The translations under genes were made by a program, and so were the position numbers. DNA of 63,444 bases, filler included, from Chrysochromulina tobinii (taxonomy: Eukaryota), in NCBI GenBank assembly GCA_001275005.1. It is 8 parts of 8 records of this genome, joined end to end, with 100 filler letters (N's around TTAATTAATTAA, not from the genome) between each part and the next. Parts side by side here need not be neighbours in the genome. Positions count along the whole stretch, not along the records: positions 54,896 to 59,514 come from JWZX01000352.1; positions 59,615 to 63,444 come from JWZX01000353.1; 6 more parts are not named here. One strand, 5' to 3'. The notes under the pieces were generated by a model, which did not search any database, was not told where the DNA came from, and worked only from the letters and a program-made list of their open reading frames with translations. Of this stretch, positions 57,801 through 63,444 are shown piece after piece. The stretch's first letter is position 1, and the number at the start of each line of letters is the position of its first letter.

Positions 57801-58372
57801 TGTATGCAACGTGGCCATCGACACGCTCGCCGTCTATAATGACGTGGCCGATCTCCCACCGACCTCGCTGCTCGAGCGCACCCTCACCATCGGAGCCCCC
57901 GCCCCGGAGGCGTTTGGACAGGGCGCCTATGTCAGGTGCATGAGCGCCGCGTGCACCGCGGCCGTCTCGTCGTCGGCCTCGTCCGCGGGCTCGTCAGGTT
58001 CGTCAGGTTCGTCAGCGGACGCTCGCCTCGTCGCCGTGTACACGCACGCTTCCTCGGCGGGCGCTCTCGACCAGCGCTCCATCTTCGCCATCCTGCGCAA
58101 CGGGACGCGCCTCACCTACCTCGCAAACAAAGTGTCGACGGTTCGTGTCGGGAGGCCGATGAACGCCTGCATGCTGATTGCCTCCCTCATTGCATGCTGA
58201 TGGCCTCCCTCATCAGGTTCGTGTCGGGAGGCCGATGAACGCCGAGACCGGAGCCGGTGGCGGCTACTCGTTCCGCAACCCGCCCAAGTTCCACTCATTT
58301 CTCCGTCCGTCGATCCGAGACGCGGCGTACGAAACGGAGGCGCTGCTTGAGCACCTCTTCTACCACAAGAAC
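54898..58372 (+). CDS. Algal DUF1800-like large protein, partial; introns 55044-55265, 55388-55537, 55871-56093, 57014-57109, 57290-57480, 58141-58216
   Basis: DQLRQRAAHALIQIFVIS, YHDILVRHAFG, PDENYARELMQLFSVGL, IQEFARCWTG, FRNPPKF, YETEALLEHLFYHKN. All introns splice in frame. Confidence 0.85.
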
Positions 58373-59614
58373 GTGGCGCGACCGCGGTGCGCGGCGCCGG
58401 GTTGGCCGAGGCGGTCGCGCTCGCAGTGAGCCTGAAGCTTGTGCCGCATGGCGCGCTTGGCGGTTCTCGATCGACGTTATGCAATGCAGCTACCACCGCC
58501 GCCCTCACCACCGCCTTGCCCACCGTCACCAACACCTCCGCCACCATTATCACCAACCTCGCCACCGCCACCCTCCGCTCACCGCCGACTTGGTATGCTC
58601 TGATGACCTCTGATGGCCTCTGATGACCTCTGATGGCCTCGGCTGACCTCGGATGACCTCGGATCGGTACTCTGACGGACATCGCGCTCGTGCGCCAGCG
58701 CTGCCAGTGGCGCCGTTGGGGCATGGCGCCCATCTCGGCGCTCATGGTGCTGCGCGGCACGCGCGCGCGCCCGCGTCCTCTCGGAACAGCTCGACGGCAG
58801 CACGGCTCGGAGACGCAGGCGGCGCGCTCGGCGCTCGACGATGCCATCGTCGCCAAGCGCAAGGGAAGCGCTCCAAGCTGCTCCCGGGCTGCTTGGGGAT
58901 GCGCACCAAGCCGATCAAGCTGCGCCTTGCCATCGCCAAGGCGTGAAACCCGGAACCCGAAACCCATGGGTGGGGGAGTGCTAATAGGTGTTAGAGACTG
59001 TAATCTGTATGAGTAGAAACTGATAACATAATGTTACATTACCGACCTGACGATACCGCTTACCGGGGCGTGCGTTGACCGCGGACAGCTGGGAGGCGAG
59101 CAAGAGGCGAACGTACAGTCGAAACGTACAGCTGGGAGGAACTGCTGCATGTACTGTAGAACTTACATGCAATTATGTGTGTAATCGTTAATGTCATCTC
59201 CAGACGGGGCGGACAGATGTGTGTCTCCGCGGTGCTGAGTAGGTTCGCTTTCACAGGAAAACTCTCTTACGTCTGCAACTGCATTGCTCTCTTCTCTCTC
59301 TCGTGCAGCAGTCTGCTCTCTCAGTGTGGTATAACTCCCGAGTATGGCGGTGGATACTGGATTGCACATGGTAACACCAAATTGCAAATTTACGAAGGCA
59401 CACATCAGCCGCTCTCTCCGATCCCTTTGCCACTAAGGGCATGTGTACCATGTACTACAATACCGGCCATACTCCTCTCCTGATGCCCCCGCGCCCCCCC
59501 CACCCTTCCCCCCCNNNNNNNNNNNNNNNNNNNNNNNNNNNNNNNNNNNNNNNNNNNNTTAATTAATTAANNNNNNNNNNNNNNNNNNNNNNNNNNNNNN
59601 NNNNNNNNNNNNNN

Positions 59615-62006
59615 CCCACCCCCTCCCTCGCCCCCCCCTTCGCCGCCACCTCCGAGCCCGCCACCATCGCCGCCGCCGCCGAGCCCGCCACCATCGCCCT
59701 CGCCACCCTCGCCTCCACCTTTGGCACCTCAGACCACCTCTCTCTCGTTTCAAATCATTGCTGTTGCTGGCATCAGTCCAGCAAGTCTCGCCGATGCTAT
59801 TGCCACTGCACTCGGTTGTTATTCCCCTGGCTGCGTTGTCCTTGTTACCACAACGGTCGGGAGGAGACTCCAAACGACCGCGAGCGCGATGCCACAGGTG
59901 TATGCAGTGGTTGTGACTCTGAGTGTACCCAACCCTAATGCTGTCACTTCCATCGCGTCTCTGCCGTTCTCTCCGATTTTAGTCGGCGGAGTGCCGCTGA
60001 GCAGTCTCGTGCTCAGTGTGACGCCGCCAGTCGTGACGATTACTGTCACGTCACCCTCGTCACCACCTCAATCGCCGCCGCCCTCACAGCCGCCCGCGTC
60101 GCCTCCGCCGCCGTTAGAAAGCGCAGCCTTCGGCGACATTGCCGTGGCAGTGGCCCTCGCAGTCGTCGGCGTAGTTGCCGCCTGCGCCTGCACAAGCTTT
60201 CACCTGCTCCGGCGACGGCGACGACGAGCCGAGGCAGAGCGCAACGCAAACGCGCTCAAGGCTGTTGAGGCTGCCGAGGCTGCAGAAGCTGCAAGTAGGA
60301 TGCCGATCGCATCAGATCGTCTGACAGATCTCGAGAAGCTTTCAGTGCTCAAGGGCCGTGATCCTGACGCGCCCATGGCAACTCCGCGCAAGGAAGGTCC
60401 GGAAACAGCTCGCCGCAAGAAGGCTGGGATGCCAGAGGAGCTGGAGCCAACTGGGACTGTTCAGGAAGCCCAGGCAGCGCTGGTGGCCATGTTGTTGGTT
60501 GAGTGGTCGGACCTCAAGATCGGCAACCAAGTAGCGAAGAGTGGCGGCGACGGCGGTGGCGGCGACGGCGGTGGCGGCTTCGGCGCGGTCTGGGAGGCAT
60601 CCGTAGACGACATGGCCATCGCCAGCAAGGCCAACGTCACTCAAGCCGTCGATGGTGCGCTCCGCTCGACGATACCTTCGCCACGCTCCCGTGCAGCCAC
60701 CTCGCCTCCAACCGCATTGCCACCTCCGACCGCATTGCCGCCTCCAACCCGATTGCCGCCTCCGACCGCATTGCCGCCTCCGACCGCATTGCCGCCTCCG
60801 ACCCGACTGCCGCCCATCCTGCCCGTTGGCGGCCGCTACTCACGCACGTTGCGCGGGCACGCCAACGGGCTCATTGCCCGCATTATAAGCGAGGAGGTGG
60901 TGTCGCTGCATTCGCACGAGGCTCTTGTTGAGATGAGTCTCGCTCTTTTTGCCCTCTCACCTCCCGAGCGGGTGCACCCTTACGTGCTTCCGACCCTTGG
61001 GCTAGCGACCGATGGCGCGCGCAAGTATGCGCTCCTCACGCCACGCTGCCAGATCAACCTGGAGGGACTTCTCCAGATGGCAGGGGAGACGCTCTCGCTC
61101 CGGTTCCGTCTGGTCACCGTGTGGAAAAACCTTGCGTGCGCCATTGCCGACGGCCTCACGTTTCTGCACAGACAGGGGATTGCACATGCGGCCCTTCACC
61201 CGGGCAATGTCCTTCTGGACGAACAGATGCGACCCCGGCTTGCCGACTATGGCCCAAGTATGTGTCGGCTGCGTGCGACGTATGCCCGCGTCATCGCCTC
61301 CAACCCGGCAGTACGCTCTCCAGAACGTCGCTCTCCAGAACGTCGCTCTCCAGAACGTCGCAGGGCATCCTCGGCCGCCGCCTCCGCCACTTCCGGCGTC
61401 ATCACTGCCAGAAGCAACCTGCTGTATCTCTCTCCGGAGTCGTTGGCCCTCGTAGGCACCGCGCAGGTTTGGTCAGCCGGGTGCGCGCTCGACCTTGCAA
61501 GCGACATATGGGCTCTTGGCTGCCTCGTGGTGCGCCTGGCGACGCTCAAGCCCCTCTACTACAAGGAACGGCCCGCGATGCTCGCAGCGCTTGCGCACGT
61601 GCGCATATGCATCTCCTCGGGTGCCTGGCGGCCCGCGGCGCAGCTCGTTGGTGAGGCTTTCCTCCCGATGGGCCTGTTGGAGCTCGTGGAGCAGTGCACG
61701 TCACTCATGCCGGCTGAACGGCCGAGTAGCGCCAAGGCGCACTTAGGGCTCGTGCGGCTGCTTGAGGAGGCGAGCGAGCTTGCGAGCGATTCATACGATT
61801 ACGACGTGAGCATGCGACCCCTTCGTGACGCCTATCGCGCCGTTGCCCGCGCATCGCCGGCGCCGGCGTTGCCCCGCGGAGAAGGTTCTGAAGGTCGGAT
61901 ACCCATCAATGATTCGCCGACCTTCGATGATGAGGGCCGGATCTCCATAAGGATACCTGTATCGCCGACCTTTGAAGATGATGATGGACGGATCTTCACT
62001 GCATAA
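59615..62006 (+). CDS. Single-pass membrane protein with a protein-kinase-like (pseudokinase) domain, 5'-truncated
   Basis: Pro-rich ectodomain, TM helix followed by RRRRRR, GGFGAVW, GLTFLH..GIAHAALHPGNVLL, LADYG, YLSPE, SDIWALG, ERPS. Confidence 0.8.
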
Positions 62007-63182
62007 AATTTTCAAACGTATACACTACTATTCAGTAGTAGGTTTGAACGGGAGCTTGATGTATTTCGGAGATGCGCTGCATTCTAGCTGAGTGTGCTGC
62101 ATTCATCTTTCATGTGCATTCATTTGTATTTCAGTGCATGTGCACTACTCCGCTCGCGAGTGAAGAGGAGTGAGGACAAATTGGATGCGCAGCGCGGCGT
62201 GATGTATCGTTAATCCACCAAGGGATACAGGGATGGGAAGCAGAGAGTGGCGCGATCGGCTCCGTCGCACAGCGACAATGTCTACGCAACTGTCAGCATC
62301 AATGCACGGGGTCACAACACTGCGGTGGAGTGAGCGTGGAGGGACCGCGAAGAAACTGAACTGAACTGAACACTGCGCTCACAACCCGTACCACCGACGG
62401 GCGTGGTGGGCGACTGGCGCGGGGCGGCGTCGGACGAGCGTGATCGCGAGCGCCCAGATGCGTCCGGTGCGCACTCGACTCGCGAAGTTTTTGAGCTTCC
62501 GGGAGGCATTCCGCTGCCCAAGGATTATACCCCGTACCCCCCACTTTGTGAACTATGCTCGAGGAGCTCATTGAGCGTGAGCACGATGCTGAGTGATAGT
62601 GCGCAGTTTACTGACGGCAGACAGAATTCTCGTACGTGAGCTCGTTAAGGGATTGAATATTTAGAATGCCGCCGACGCTCGCCATGGCACGAGCCTCCTA
62701 CGGACAGAAACATAAGAATCCATAAGGGTCTTTTCGAATAAATTTCAATCGAGATTGCACCAGCGTGTCCCCAGACGCTAATCTTCGGACGAACCGAATG
62801 TCACACGCGTCACACCGGCCTTAGGCGGCGCACGAGTGCGAGTGCGAGACCTATAGTATCATACAATAGTACCTCCCTCGAAATTCGTCACATGTTCTCG
62901 AAATCGTCACGAGCCTCTTGCATGCGTTGTTTTCGAACGAAGAGTCGACGTGCACTGTGCAGTGTTTTCAGGACCTGCCGCGCAGGCTAGGACCGCGCGG
63001 ACCACACCCACGCACCGCGAACTGTCTTTACTCATGTTCCACCCTCGTTACGCGAGCTGCATCCAGCGGCGACACGCAGAATTCCCGCGCTCGTCAACGT
63101 CTACATCCGCGAGTACATTGGCGTGTCGCCAATCTGCCCTCTTTGCACTTGCTCTCTCATTCGTCTCAATGACCTGCGGCCA

Positions 63183-63444
63183 ATCCTCTCCTCCGTCTCC
63201 GCCGCCTTCGCCGCCGCCTTCGCCGCCGCCATCGCCACCACCTCCCTTGCCACCGCCGCCGTCTCCTCCCCCCTCGCCGCCGCCGTCACCTCCACCATCT
63301 CCTCCTCCGTCACCGCCGCCTTCGCCGCCGCCTTCGCCGCCGCCATCGCCACCACCTCCCTTGCCACCGCCGCCGTCTCCTCCCCCCTCGCCGCCGCCGT
63401 CACCTCCACCATCTCCTCCTCCGTCACTGCCGCCTTCGCCGCCG
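63183..63444. repeat. ~120-bp tandem repeat that would encode an SPPP-rich tract on +; runs off the window
   Basis: 63203-63310 is repeated at about 63317-63424. Confidence 0.75.

Overview
GC-rich eukaryotic genomic DNA made of 8 unrelated contigs joined by artificial 100-nt spacers (N-run + TTAATTAATTAA + N-run), so nothing across a spacer is truly adjacent. A nuclear-encoded, plastid-targeted cbbX, a TTAGGG telomere, spliceosomal introns and Pro-rich surface proteins suggest a red-plastid alga, most likely a haptophyte (inference, no database search). About 24 complete or partial genes are recognisable: WD40 protein, CHASE-like guanylyl cyclase, voltage-gated Ca/Na-type channel, NO VEIN-like protein, CbbX, OXNAD1-like reductase, carboxylesterase, saccharopine-dehydrogenase-like protein, CUB/beta-helix surface protein, SPRY-containing protein, CtpA-like protease, cNMP-binding protein, MATE transporter, Gag-like ORF, truncated GH2 beta-mannosidase, CHI-fold protein, EF-hand protein, HIBCH/mS47-like protein, EF-hand-Nudix-PARG-like fusion, Nup62, DUF1800-like protein and a membrane pseudokinase. 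The most striking signal is a distinctive intron class seen about 20 times in 4 genes on 3 contigs. Most of these introns carry a 7-40 nt duplication of the flanking exon that supplies one splice site, most contain sense-oriented tandem 10-12-mers built around a branch-point-like CTGAT, they often end in stereotyped acceptors (CCCTCATCAG/CCCTAATTAG, or a shared ~48-nt cassette), and many hold internal copies of the exon junction. This looks like an intron-generating system unlike classical TIR/short-TSD Introners. Also seen: a telomere fused directly into a gene, and two small TIR/TSD elements.
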